Assembly: GCA_016874655.1 (NCBI GenBank)
Contig: VGTO01000002.1
Span: 1-55,329, forward strand
DNA from: Bacillota bacterium
GTDB taxonomy: Bacteria > Bacillota > Dethiobacteria > DTU022
Direction of reading: 5' to 3'
Length of the DNA stretch: 55,329 nucleotides
In this document: piece after piece, positions 36,110 to 45,490 of the stretch
Layout of the letters: each line of letters begins with the position of its first letter
Position numbering within the stretch: the stretch's first letter is position 1
The notes under the pieces: model-generated
Database searches by the model: none
What the model was told of the DNA's origin: nothing
The model's input: only the letters and a program-made list of their open reading frames with translations
Program-made: the position numbers and the translations under genes

Positions 36110-37390
36110 TTATTCGTAATAGGTAAACTCTTCTTTACCAATTCTCACTGTATCGCCATCCTTGATGCCGGCTTTTTTTAGCGCCCGTTCGAGACCGCTG
36201 CGCCGGCAGTAGTTTTGAAACCGGAGCAATGCATCCTCATTGTCAAAATCGGTCCTGGCCGCAGCTCTTTCAACAGCGCTACCGCTGACCTGAAAAACTT
36301 CATCAATCTCATTTATGGCCAGAGGTTCCTCTTCCACCTCCGGAGGTCTGATTACTTCTTCCTCATCAGATGCTGTTTTTCCTTTATTTAATTCTGTTAT
36401 CCTCTGATACAGGAAGTGGATTAACTCCCGGGTGCCCTCCCCTGTTGCTGCTGATATGCCGAAGACCGGAGTATTATTGCCATCAATCTGCAAAACATTG
36501 TCCTGTAAAGCACTTAAACGTTTTTCCGCATCGCTTAAGTCCAGTTTATTACCAACTACCACTCGCGGGTATTCTGATAACTTCGGGTTATAAGCTGCAA
36601 GTTCTTCCAGCAGCTGACTGTAAGCAATATCAGGAACCGGATGTGCTTCCGGAGAAAGATCAATCAGGAACAGCAAAAGCAAATTACGCTCAACATGCCT
36701 TAAAAACTGATGTCCCAAACCTGCGCCGTGGTGGGCTCCTTCGATCAAACCCGGCATGTCAGCCATAATAAAACTGCCCTGATCGCCAACCTTTATAACA
36801 CCTAAATTCGGGGTAAGAGTAGTAAATGGATAGGACGCTGTTTTTGGCTTCGCTTCACTGATCCGCCCCAAAAGTGTCGATTTGCCGGCATTGGGGAATC
36901 CAACCAAACCAACCTGCGCCATTAATTTAAGCTCTAAATTAATGACCTGTTCTACTCCTGACAAACCTTTTTCGGCCAGGCGGGGAACTCGTCTTCGCGA
37001 GGATGCAAAACGGGCATTGCCCTTGCCACCTTTTCCGCCCTGCGCAACAAGTGCTTCCTGACCGGGCCTGATTAAATCGGCCACAAGACGTTTTCGCTCG
37101 TCATAAACGATGGTGCCCAGGGGTACGGGTACAAATAAATCGGCGCCGGTTGCTCCATGTCGGTTTTTTGTCTTACCGCCACCGCCATTTTGAGCTCGTA
37201 ACCGACGCTTGTAGCGAAGATCAAGAAAGCTGTGTTTTGAAGGATCGGCCAGCAGGTAAACATTTCCGCCGTCACCGCCGTCACCGCCGTCCGGACCTCC
37301 CTTGGGTACGTACTTTTCGCGGCGGAAGGATACCATTCCATCACCGCCACGCCCACCAATCACCTCAAGCTCCAACTCATCAACAAACAT
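36110..37390 (-). CDS. obg: GTPase Obg/CgtA
   Basis: MFVDELELEV.GGRGGDG, a glycine-rich Obg fold, G1 GFPNAGKST, and a C-terminal OCT-like domain. Confidence 0.95.
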   Translation of the reverse strand: MFVDELELEVIGGRGGDGMVSFRREKYVPKGGPDGGDGGDGGNVYLLADPSKHSFLDLRYKRRLRAQNGGGGKTKNRHGATGADLFVPVPLGTIVYDERKRLVADLIRPGQEALVAQGGKGGKGNARFASSRRRVPRLAEKGLSGVEQVINLELKLMAQVGLVGFPNAGKSTLLGRISEAKPKTASYPFTTLTPNLGVIKVGDQGSFIMADMPGLIEGAHHGAGLGHQFLRHVERNLLLLFLIDLSPEAHPVPDIAYSQLLEELAAYNPKLSEYPRVVVGNKLDLSDAEKRLSALQDNVLQIDGNNTPVFGISAATGEGTRELIHFLYQRITELNKGKTASDEEEVIRPPEVEEEPLAINEIDEVFQVSGSAVERAAARTDFDNEDALLRFQNYCRRSGLERALKKAGIKDGDTVRIGKEEFTYYE

Positions 37391-37425
37391 AACTTACGAA
37401 TCACCTGCAAAAAACTGAAGTAGGA

Positions 37426-37457
37426 TAAAAAAATAAAAGTCCGGGCATTGCCCGGAC
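37426..37457 (-). terminator. Strong intrinsic terminator between rpmA and obg
   Basis: Minus strand: GTCCGGGC-AAT-GCCCGGAC followed by TTTTATTTTTTT. Confidence 0.7.
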
Positions 37458-37471
37458 CCTTTAAACACTAT

Positions 37472-37744
37472 TTAGTTTACTGCCACAATTTCTTCGGGAT
37501 AGACACTAACCTGTTTTTTTGCGCGGCCATTAAACTCAAACACTACCCGACCATCAACAGTGGCAAAAAGTGTGTCATCCCCACCTCTGCCAACATTTAA
37601 CCCCGGATGAAAACGAGTTCCACGTTGTTTCACCAGAATGCTGCCGGCCTTGACCAGCTGTCCTCCGAAACGCTTAACCCCAAGACGCTTAGCCTTGCTG
37701 TCCCGGCCGTTCCTTGAACTTCCCACACCTTTTTTATGAGCCAT
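37472..37744 (-). CDS. rpmA: 50S ribosomal protein L27
   Basis: [16 protein letters not shown]. It begins directly at the mature N-terminus with no Prp-cleaved propeptide. Confidence 0.95.
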   Translation of the reverse strand: MAHKKGVGSSRNGRDSKAKRLGVKRFGGQLVKAGSILVKQRGTRFHPGLNVGRGGDDTLFATVDGRVVFEFNGRAKKQVSVYPEEIVAVN

Positions 37745-37803
37745 TCACAAACACCTCTCTTTCCTACCGGATCCAGATCAGCTGGCTGATCATGAATTTT
37801 TCC

Positions 37804-38115
37804 TTAAATACTGATGCTGTTAATTAAAACTTCGGTATAAGGCTGACGATGACCCTGCTTGCGACTGTAATTCTTCTTCCGCTTAAACTTGAAAACTATG
37901 ATTTTCTTTTCCTTTCCCTGGCTGACCACTTTACCTTCCACATTGCATCCTTCCAGGTAAGGGTTGCCGATTTTGACTACGGCATTATCGTTAAGCATTA
38001 ATATCTTATCAAACGTTACCGATTCACCCTTTTCCGCCGGAAGCTTTTCCACGCGGATTATCTTGCCTTGCTCTGCGCGGTACTGTTTACCGCCTGTCTC
38101 AATGATAGCGTACAT
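37804..38115 (-). CDS. rplU: 50S ribosomal protein L21
   Basis: [13 protein letters not shown]...GHRQPYT. Confidence 0.95.
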   Translation of the reverse strand: MYAIIETGGKQYRAEQGKIIRVEKLPAEKGESVTFDKILMLNDNAVVKIGNPYLEGCNVEGKVVSQGKEKKIIVFKFKRKKNYSRKQGHRQPYTEVLINSISI

Positions 38116-38237
38116 AAATATACCCCCGATAAGGACTCGCCGAAGCTGGTAGCCCTTTGTTTGCGGGGCATTTTGACCTTCTCCGTGCGGTTGTCAGTCT
38201 ACACGAGATTTTATCACGCACGGAAGACCTTTGTCAA
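38116..38237 (-). promoter_or_regulatory. rplU promoter and structured 5' leader of about 85 nt (possible L21-type autoregulatory leader)
   Basis: Minus strand: TTGACA (38237-38232), 18 nt, TAAAAT (38213-38208). The leader contains GC-rich pairing segments (CCGCACGGAG..., GGGCUACCAGCUUCGGCGAGUCC). Assignment to the L21 leader family is not verified. Confidence 0.4.
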
Positions 38238-38380
38238 ACAGAAAATCCCGACAAATAAGTAAATATTTTAGAGATACTGGGCACCTTGTCACAGAAAGTG
38301 CTCATTCCCTGAGTAAATGATCCAGGGCATGATCACCTATCCATGTTCCTTTGTCTTAATGAGTAATCTGTGCTCATTGC

Positions 38381-39367
38381 TTATGAGGCCAAACGTTTTC
38401 TTTGATAAGATCTTTCCAGCATAATAGCGACGACCAGAGGGACAACCGTTAATAATAACCCTCCGGAGATTATCTCGAGCGTTTCCTGTGTAGTACCTGC
38501 CTCGTCGGCCAGGCCGATGAAGAGCAGAACCCAGAGAACCGCTGTAGCAATAAAAATAATACGAGCGACCACAGCTCTTAAGAAAAGCCAGGAGCGGTCT
38601 TCAGTTAGATTAAGATCAGCTTCCTGAGCAACTTGAGTGACAGGCGGTGGATTAAGCCCAGCTTCGGGCACCGGCTGATAAACTCCTTCCGCCCAGCGAC
38701 GAGCCGATGCCGCACTGCCTTCTTTTAAGATTCTGGTTCCGATTACAAAATAAAAGATTACCAGAGGCACCATTAAAAGTGCTGCTGCGGTATCGGATAA
38801 AACCAGGGTATTGTAAAGAGCATGAAGACTGTAAGCGATCAGAAACCCTTTGATCAGGTTTCCGTTTCTGGCCGAGGTTGTATCTGAATATTTAGCTTTA
38901 CCAACATAATAACCCATCAAGACCCCGGTAAAAGTATGACCGGGAATAGCAGTTACCGCTCTTAGAATCCCCACGGTCAGGCCAAGGTCAAGCACATAAA
39001 AGATATTCTCGGCCAGGGCAAAGCCGATTGCTGCTGCACCGGTATAAACGATACCATCAAATTTTTCATTAAAGTTGCGGTTGCTCCAGGCAAAAATCAA
39101 AACCACTGCCAGCTTAACCAGTTCTTCACTGGCCGCTACGACCAGGAAGGATTCAAGAGCGGCCCCGAGAATTCCTCCGCCCTGAAAAAAAGGCTGGTCA
39201 AGTACGGCCAGCTGAATGATCGCCGCTGGGATAATCGAAAGGGCACCAAGCAGCATAATTTTCAAAACCATCCGGATCGGCTCCGGTTCGGTCTGGTCAT
39301 GACGGAGGATAAAGATCAAAAATGCAATTGGCGGGGCGATGGCCACCAGCACCAAGATTATTAACAT
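38381..39367 (-). CDS. PrsW-family intramembrane glutamic/metallo-protease
   Basis: ASEELVKLAVV, GFALAENIFY, PGHTFTG and SLHALYN motifs in a polytopic protein. Confidence 0.75.
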   Translation of the reverse strand: MLIILVLVAIAPPIAFLIFILRHDQTEPEPIRMVLKIMLLGALSIIPAAIIQLAVLDQPFFQGGGILGAALESFLVVAASEELVKLAVVLIFAWSNRNFNEKFDGIVYTGAAAIGFALAENIFYVLDLGLTVGILRAVTAIPGHTFTGVLMGYYVGKAKYSDTTSARNGNLIKGFLIAYSLHALYNTLVLSDTAAALLMVPLVIFYFVIGTRILKEGSAASARRWAEGVYQPVPEAGLNPPPVTQVAQEADLNLTEDRSWLFLRAVVARIIFIATAVLWVLLFIGLADEAGTTQETLEIISGGLLLTVVPLVVAIMLERSYQRKRLAS

Positions 39368-39383
39368 CTTGCGTTACCTGCCT

Positions 39384-41069
39384 TTACTTATTCTTGCTCA
39401 AAACTGCCCGGGCATAGGTCCGGTTGACTTCGCTAATCTCTATTTTTACTGTTTGCCCTGCTTTATCCCCTGCACCTTCAACATTGATCACAAAACCCTG
39501 TAGACGGGCGATGCCATGCACGGGGTTAGTAGAGTGGGGTTCTTCAATGGTTAGCTCTAATTTATCTCCCGTTTTTACCGGCAGGGCAATGGCCTTAATC
39601 TCTTTTTGACTGCCCCGGGCAATAATCCGATACTGCTCAAGATGGATATCTTCAGTTCCCCTGATAAATATGTGCCGATCAAGTTCGTCTTCAAGCTTTT
39701 TAAGGTTACCACCACCGCTGCCGATGATGATCGCCGCCACTTCATGATGCATCTCAACCAAAACCGCCCTGCTGCGTTCTTCCTGCAACTCTCTCTTTAA
39801 GTTGCTTTCAATGCGGGTACTGATTACCAGTGGGGTTAGAACCCGCCCGGAACCGCTGCAGTAGGGACATGGCTGTTGCAAATACTCTGAAAGATCCTGC
39901 CTTACTTTTTTACGGGTCATTTCGACCAACCCAAGATTGGTTAGACCAAGCACATAGGTTTTGGTTCGATCATTTCTAATAGCGCTGTTCAGTTTTTCAA
40001 CAACTTTACGACGGTGATCTTCAATGCTCATATCGATAAAATCAATGATGATGATCCCGCCAATATCTCGTAATCTTACCTGGCGGGCTATTTCTTCGGC
40101 TGCTTCAAGGTTGGTTTTTAAGATCGTTTCAGCCAGGTTGCGACGGCCAATATAACGCCCCGTATTGACATCAATAACCGTCAAGGCCTCTGTTTCATCA
40201 AAAACCAGATAACCGCCACTTTTTAGCCATACCTGGCGAGCCAGTGCTTTTTCAATTTCTATTTCGATACCATAGCGCTCAAAAATCGGTTCATCTTCCT
40301 GGTAATATTTAACTTTATTTTGCAGGTGAGGTGAAATATATTCCACAATTTCACGCACTTTGTCATACTCGTGTTGATCATCAATCAGAAAGCTGCTGAA
40401 TTCTTCAACGAAAAGATCCCGGGCGATGCGACAGGTAAGTGACAGGTCCTGGTAGAGAATAGCGGGGGCCGGCTTCTGCTTAAAGCGAGTTGTAATCCGG
40501 TTCCAGAGTTGAACTAAGAATTGCAGATCCTGGGTCATTACGTCAGATTCAACGCCTTCGGCTACGGTGCGGATTATCAATCCAATCTGATCCGGCTTGA
40601 GCTTTTCTACTTCGCGACGCAGCCGTTCGCGCTCCGCCTGACTTTCAATCCTCTTTGATACACCAATGTACTCGGCGCCGGGCACCAACACCAGGTAACG
40701 ACCAGGTATCGTTATCTGGCCGGTAACGCGGGCGCCCTTGCTGCCATAGGGCTCTTTGATTACCTGAACCATAATCTCTTCCCCGACACGCAGCAGTTTT
40801 TCGATCGAATTTCGGCTAGGCGGTGGCGATTCTTCATCAACTGCAGGTATTACATCATCGACATAGAGGAAAGCGTTCTTGTCCAGGCCGATATCAATGA
40901 AGGCCGCCTGCATCCCCGGTAGGACATTGGCCACCGTTCCCTTGTATAGATTGCCGACCACCCTATACTGCAGCGGTCTCTCAATATCAAGTTCAACCAG
41001 TTTACCCTTTTCCAGCAGGGCAACACGTGTTGCCCGGTTATCGCAATTTACTACGATTTTTTTATCCAA
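39384..41069 (-). CDS. rng: Rne/Rng-family ribonuclease (RNase G-like) with a C-terminal TRAM-like domain
   Basis: S1 domain (GNLYKGTVANVLPGMQAAFIDIG), catalytic core (VIDVNTGRY, IIIIDFIDM), and a Zn-link-like CPYCSGSG. The last roughly 70 aa (GDKLELTIEE...GFVINVEGAGDKAGQTVKIEISEV) look like TRAM. Confidence 0.9.
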   Translation of the reverse strand: MDKKIVVNCDNRATRVALLEKGKLVELDIERPLQYRVVGNLYKGTVANVLPGMQAAFIDIGLDKNAFLYVDDVIPAVDEESPPPSRNSIEKLLRVGEEIMVQVIKEPYGSKGARVTGQITIPGRYLVLVPGAEYIGVSKRIESQAERERLRREVEKLKPDQIGLIIRTVAEGVESDVMTQDLQFLVQLWNRITTRFKQKPAPAILYQDLSLTCRIARDLFVEEFSSFLIDDQHEYDKVREIVEYISPHLQNKVKYYQEDEPIFERYGIEIEIEKALARQVWLKSGGYLVFDETEALTVIDVNTGRYIGRRNLAETILKTNLEAAEEIARQVRLRDIGGIIIIDFIDMSIEDHRRKVVEKLNSAIRNDRTKTYVLGLTNLGLVEMTRKKVRQDLSEYLQQPCPYCSGSGRVLTPLVISTRIESNLKRELQEERSRAVLVEMHHEVAAIIIGSGGGNLKKLEDELDRHIFIRGTEDIHLEQYRIIARGSQKEIKAIALPVKTGDKLELTIEEPHSTNPVHGIARLQGFVINVEGAGDKAGQTVKIEISEVNRTYARAVLSKNK

Positions 41070-41076
41070 TAGTTTG

Positions 41077-41790
41077 TCACGCTCCTTCAGTCAGCGGTAT
41101 TAAAGCACCGTTACTGATCAGATAAAGTGATTCTCTTTCAACTGACCATTGCCTTGCCTCACTTCCACAGTCAGGCTCACAAGCGTCAAGCAGCTGGAGT
41201 AAATAAAAAGGGGACACTCCGCCGTCACTTCCAGCCTTGAGCAGCATAACCACTTCAGGCACAGCCCGTAGACCGGAATCAAGCCGTAGTTCAAAGATAT
41301 AAGGTCTGATATTTATGTCACTGATCTGCTTCTTTTTCTTACCGCTTCGCGGCATTAATAATTCCTCTGCAGCCATCAATTTACTGACTGCTCTTTCGAT
41401 TTGAACAACCGCTAAACTCTTTTCTTTAGCATCTACCAGCTTAGCCCTGTAACAGGCAGCCGCAACAAGGGCTGCAAGTGAAGATGATTCTGCAGAAACT
41501 TCAAATACTCCCAGAAGCTCGAGACCTGCCGGTAGTTGAGCTGACAGGCTGCTGATCAGCTGAGCGGGGTCAATTTTTTCTGATAAGTAAAGTTCTCCAT
41601 ATTCCCGATTAGCAGTAACCCCAAGCGGTAAAGGCAGCGCCAGGTTGAGTCGCAGACGAGGATTATAACCCTGGCTGTATGCTAAAGGCAACGTGCTGCG
41701 GCGAAGCGCGCGCTGCAGAAGACGCATCAGATCAAGATGCGAAAGGTAAGCCAGTGCTTTACCGCGGGCAAAGCTGAAACGGATCTTAAT
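41077..41790 (-). CDS. DUF2344 / TIGR03936-like radical-SAM-linked protein (start upstream of first ATG)
   Basis: The tracked ORF starts at MRLLQRAL. The same frame is open back to a TGA and encodes (I)KIRFSFARGKALAYLSHLDL, which matches the conserved family N-terminus as I recall it. The only candidate initiators are ATT (41790) and ATA (41793), overlapping the upstream TAA. Confidence 0.7.
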   Translation of the reverse strand: MKIRFSFARGKALAYLSHLDLMRLLQRALRRSTLPLAYSQGYNPRLRLNLALPLPLGVTANREYGELYLSEKIDPAQLISSLSAQLPAGLELLGVFEVSAESSSLAALVAAACYRAKLVDAKEKSLAVVQIERAVSKLMAAEELLMPRSGKKKKQISDINIRPYIFELRLDSGLRAVPEVVMLLKAGSDGGVSPFYLLQLLDACEPDCGSEARQWSVERESLYLISNGALIPLTEGA

Positions 41791-43568
41791 TATCCTTCAC
41801 TCCCTTGTTCGGCAGGTACGCTGAAAGCGAGACGGTGTTCTTTAACCAGAGCCTCTTTTTCCACCCCGCAGTGCAAATGATCCCAGGGCAGGGGATCAGC
41901 ATAACTGTAGCTGCGGTTGGCGTAATCTTCCGGATTGATGCCCAGAGCCTCAAAAGCTTTTTGCCAGCGGCTATAAGAGAAATGCTCCGACCAACCATCA
42001 AAACGGCAGCCCAATTGCCAGGCTTTTTCAAGCAGCGGGGCAAGGCGGCGGTCTCCGCGGGCAAATACTGCTTCCAGGAAGCTGGTCTCGGCATCGTGCC
42101 AGCTAAATTCAACCCAGGGCATCTTCCTGAATTTTTCAATCAGGAGCTGCTGTCTCCGGATCACTGAGGGCATTGATAATTGTGGTTCCCATTGAAAAGG
42201 GCTGTGGGCTTTAGGCACAAAGGTAGCTATACTGATCACAAACCTGATATTATGCCTGCCCTGGCGCCGAAAAGTCTGGCGCAGTTCACGGCACAGTTCA
42301 ACAATAGCCTCAACATCGGCATCTTCCTCTGTCGGCAAACCAATCATGAAATAAAGCTTGAAACCCTGCCAACCCGCTGTCACGGCAGCGGTTAAGGCCT
42401 GATAGATTTCAGCCTCGCTGATCCGCTTACCGATTACTTTTCTAAGCCTCTCTGTCGCCGCTTCGGGAGCAAAGGTAAGAGTACTGCGTCGCCCCTGGTG
42501 CAGCTTTTCAGCCAGAGTCACTGCATATGAGTCAAGGCGCAGTGAAGGTAGACTACAGCGCACTCCTTTGCCGGCCAGCGCTTCATCCAACCGGTTAATC
42601 AACTCATCCACACCCGGATAGTCACTGCTGCTGAGCGAAGAAAGTGATATTTCATCATAACCGGTTAAGGCGATCAGATCCCGGGCCGTTTCGATAATTT
42701 TTTCCGAGCTACGGCGGCGCACCGGTTTAAAAATATAACCGGCCTGGCAGAAACGACAGCCCCTGGAGCAACCACGAAAGATTTCAACTACAGCCCGGTC
42801 GTGAGCCGTCTGAATGTAGGGAACAACCGGGGCAGTCGGATAGGGTGCGCTATCGAGATCTGCCACATAATTTTTCTCAATCGCATCCGGCGCCTGCTCA
42901 ATTAGTTTCTCAAAACCGCTGAACCGGCCAGAACTGTAGAGAGGGTTATAGAAAGATGGTACATAAACCCCCTGCCGGCTGGATAGCTGAACTAAGAGTT
43001 CCTCTCTGGTAAGACCATTTTGCTTATTTATTATAATTTCTTTTAGCAAAAGGGGCAGTGCTTCTTCAGCTTCACCGAGCAGAAAGAGGTCAAAAAATGG
43101 AGCCAGCGGTTCCGGATTAAAAGAGCAGGGGCCCCCGCCGATGATCAGCGGATGGTTATCGCCACGCTGCTTGCTGTAGATAGGAATCCCGGCTAAATCA
43201 AGCATATTGAGAACGTTGGTATAGCTTAGCTCATATTGCAGCGAAAAACCGACGATATCGAAAGCGTTGAGCGGCTTTCCACTCTCCAGGGCAAAAAGGG
43301 GATAGCCTTCCTGGCGCAACTGTTCTTCCATGTCGGCAGCCGGAGCAAATACTCTTTCTATAAGCAGGTCAACATCTTTGTTGACGCTGTCGTAAAGTAT
43401 TTTTATCCCCTGGTTGGACATACCCACTTCGTAGAGGTCGGGAAAAGCCAACACCATACGCAGTTGAACCTGATCGTGTTCTTTAAGGCAGCTGTTCCAC
43501 TCGTTACCAACGTAACGTCCGGGTTTCTGGACTTTATTTAAGATGGTCTCCAACGTTGAATCAACCAT
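41790..43568 (-). CDS. B12-binding-domain/radical-SAM protein (TIGR03960-like)
   Basis: CSRGCRFCQAGY (CX3CX2C) at about residue 270, with an N-terminal Rossmann-like region. It is adjacent to the DUF2344 gene and upstream of rng, a synteny I recall as common in Clostridia. Confidence 0.8.
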   Translation of the reverse strand: MVDSTLETILNKVQKPGRYVGNEWNSCLKEHDQVQLRMVLAFPDLYEVGMSNQGIKILYDSVNKDVDLLIERVFAPAADMEEQLRQEGYPLFALESGKPLNAFDIVGFSLQYELSYTNVLNMLDLAGIPIYSKQRGDNHPLIIGGGPCSFNPEPLAPFFDLFLLGEAEEALPLLLKEIIINKQNGLTREELLVQLSSRQGVYVPSFYNPLYSSGRFSGFEKLIEQAPDAIEKNYVADLDSAPYPTAPVVPYIQTAHDRAVVEIFRGCSRGCRFCQAGYIFKPVRRRSSEKIIETARDLIALTGYDEISLSSLSSSDYPGVDELINRLDEALAGKGVRCSLPSLRLDSYAVTLAEKLHQGRRSTLTFAPEAATERLRKVIGKRISEAEIYQALTAAVTAGWQGFKLYFMIGLPTEEDADVEAIVELCRELRQTFRRQGRHNIRFVISIATFVPKAHSPFQWEPQLSMPSVIRRQQLLIEKFRKMPWVEFSWHDAETSFLEAVFARGDRRLAPLLEKAWQLGCRFDGWSEHFSYSRWQKAFEALGINPEDYANRSYSYADPLPWDHLHCGVEKEALVKEHRLAFSVPAEQGSEG

Positions 43569-43598
43569 CGCGTTATAGCTCCCTGAAATATTTTTAAT

Positions 43599-43627
43599 AT
43601 AATACCATCTATTTCCTGCTTTGACAA
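43599..43627 (-). promoter_or_regulatory. SigmaA-type promoter for the radical-SAM/rng unit
   Basis: Minus strand: TTGTCA (43627-43622), 17 nt, TATTAT (43604-43599). Confidence 0.45.
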
Positions 43628-43634
43628 GGCCTGC

Positions 43635-44324
43635 CTAAATAAGACCCCTTTCCCGAAAGCTGAAGAAACAGCCATCACCGATAATGATGTGATCGCGCAC
43701 GTTGATCCCGAGAATAGTACCGGCATCAACGAGGCGTCTTGTTACCTCAAGGTCTTCCTGGCTTGGCGATGGGTCGCCACTGGGATGATTATGACAAAGG
43801 ATCACCGAAGCGGCACTCTTGCGTAGCGGCAAGTTGAAAATCTCGCGGGGATGAACAATAGAAGCGCTGAGGCTGCCTACCGATATTTCTTCCTTAGAAA
43901 TGATCTGATTTTTAGTATTGAGTAACAGTATTTTAAAATACTCTTTCTTCTTATAGCGAAGTTCTTCCATGAAGAGATCCGCTGCCTGAGAAGGGTTGGT
44001 GATACTGCCCGACACCTCTCTGGGTGCAGTAGCCAAACGGCAGCCAAGCTCCAGAGCAGCTTTGATCGTGACCGCCTTGTCAGGGCCAATACCTTTGTTT
44101 TCCTGTAGATCCTCGAGCGAAAGATTGGGCAGGCTTTTTAATCCTCCGCCGCAAGCTAAAATCCTGGTGGCTATCTGCACGGCCGATTCGCTGCGGTTGC
44201 CGGTGCGAATTAAAATCGCCAGCAGCTCGGCATTTGAAAGCGATCCCACACCAAATAATCTTAATTTTTCACGCGGTCTCTCTTCGAATGGTAAATCTTT
44301 AATCAGTACCGGTTCATTTTGCAT
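43635..44324 (-). CDS. radC: RadC-family (JAB/MPN domain) protein
   Basis: An N-terminal HhH-like region (RPREKL...LSNAELLAILI.TG) and the JAB motif HNHPSGDPSPSQED. Confidence 0.9.
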   Translation of the reverse strand: MQNEPVLIKDLPFEERPREKLRLFGVGSLSNAELLAILIRTGNRSESAVQIATRILACGGGLKSLPNLSLEDLQENKGIGPDKAVTIKAALELGCRLATAPREVSGSITNPSQAADLFMEELRYKKKEYFKILLLNTKNQIISKEEISVGSLSASIVHPREIFNLPLRKSAASVILCHNHPSGDPSPSQEDLEVTRRLVDAGTILGINVRDHIIIGDGCFFSFRERGLI

Positions 44325-44919
44325 CGCCTAAGTCATCTCCATTGAGCCATGTTGTAAAGTTCATATTGTTCAGCAATTCCTGCAGTAAACTAAGAGGCAG
44401 GCCAACGACATTAAAATAGCAGCCTTCAATCCGACTAATAAAGAGAGCTGCGCGGCCCTGGATTCCGTAAGCTCCCGCTTTATCATATGGCTCACCGGTC
44501 GCCAGATAAGCCGCTATTTCCAGCGCAGTGAGTTCTTTCATCCATACCTTTGTTGATGATATACCACTTTCGATCCGTCCGCTTTCCGCATCAACCAAAT
44601 GAAGCGCTGTAATTACTTCATGGCGAGCTCCGCTAATCAGTTGCAGCATGCGTCCGGCTTCCTCCGCATCACCCGGTTTCCCGAGGATCAGGCCCCGGTA
44701 ATAAACCAGTGTATCCGCTGCCAGAACCAGCCCCCGGTCAACGGTTGCAACGACTGATTCAGCTTTTTTGCGAGCCAGTGTACTTACCAACTCCTCGGGG
44801 GTCAGCTGCTCACTGACCTGCTCGCAAATTTCAGGAATGACTAGGTTAAAAGGGATACCGACCTGCCTGAGCAATTCAGCTCTTCGCGGAGAAGCAGAAG
44901 CAAGGATCAGTTTCTTCAT
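44314..44919 (-). CDS. maf: Maf-family nucleoside-triphosphate pyrophosphatase
   Basis: LILASASPRR.ELL, AADTLV and DKAGAYGIQG. Confidence 0.9.
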   Translation of the reverse strand: MKKLILASASPRRAELLRQVGIPFNLVIPEICEQVSEQLTPEELVSTLARKKAESVVATVDRGLVLAADTLVYYRGLILGKPGDAEEAGRMLQLISGARHEVITALHLVDAESGRIESGISSTKVWMKELTALEIAAYLATGEPYDKAGAYGIQGRAALFISRIEGCYFNVVGLPLSLLQELLNNMNFTTWLNGDDLGDAK

Positions 44920-45476
44920 AGCGGTGCTGACCCGGCCTGCTTCAGCATCCGACCGGTCACTCCCTCCAGGTAATGCGCCGCCAGGCCGGTAAAAATTCCT
45001 GTCGGAACAGAAAGTAACAGTAATAGCGGATAATATCCCTTAAAAAGTGAAAAATTCGCAATGATTAATGCGGCAACTGCCAACTGGGTCAGATTATGAA
45101 CTGCGGCGCCAATGACGCTTACCGAAATCAGGCTGAACACCTCTCTTTTTTTAAGGATTATCAGCAGTGCCATAACCAGACAACTGGTGATCCCGGCTGA
45201 AAAACTGAGCCAGAAACCAAAGCCAAATAGTCCTCCTACAAACAGGCTTCCGAGGACAGTTCTTAAGACAGCAACCAGCAGCCCGCTGCGTAGGCCAAAC
45301 AATATCAGGGTCAGAAGGGTGATGATGTTAGCCAGACCCAGCCTGACTCCGGGCACCGGCATCGGCACGGGCAGGGCAGCTTCAACTGTATGAATGACAA
45401 TTGCAAAAGTAATCAGGACCGCCAGGTAGGTTAAATGATTGAGGCGACTTTTAAGCCTTAAAGTGTTTTGTGGCAT
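44916..45476 (-). CDS. Gx transporter family membrane protein (formerly 'heptaprenyl diphosphate synthase component I'-like)
   Basis: 186-aa five/six-TM protein (HTVEAALPVPMPVPGVRLGLANIITL) next to apbE, the usual context for this family. Confidence 0.7.
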   Translation of the reverse strand: MPQNTLRLKSRLNHLTYLAVLITFAIVIHTVEAALPVPMPVPGVRLGLANIITLLTLILFGLRSGLLVAVLRTVLGSLFVGGLFGFGFWLSFSAGITSCLVMALLIILKKREVFSLISVSVIGAAVHNLTQLAVAALIIANFSLFKGYYPLLLLLSVPTGIFTGLAAHYLEGVTGRMLKQAGSAPL

Positions 45477-45490
45477 CCTCCGGCTCCCTT

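Noticed and set aside
38290-38375. Direct 9-nt repeat GTGCTCATT (two copies) and small hairpins downstream of prsW, considered as a possible sRNA.
   Set aside because: The repeat is too short to be significant. There is no promoter-terminator pair delimiting a transcript, so this is probably a weak terminator region for prsW.
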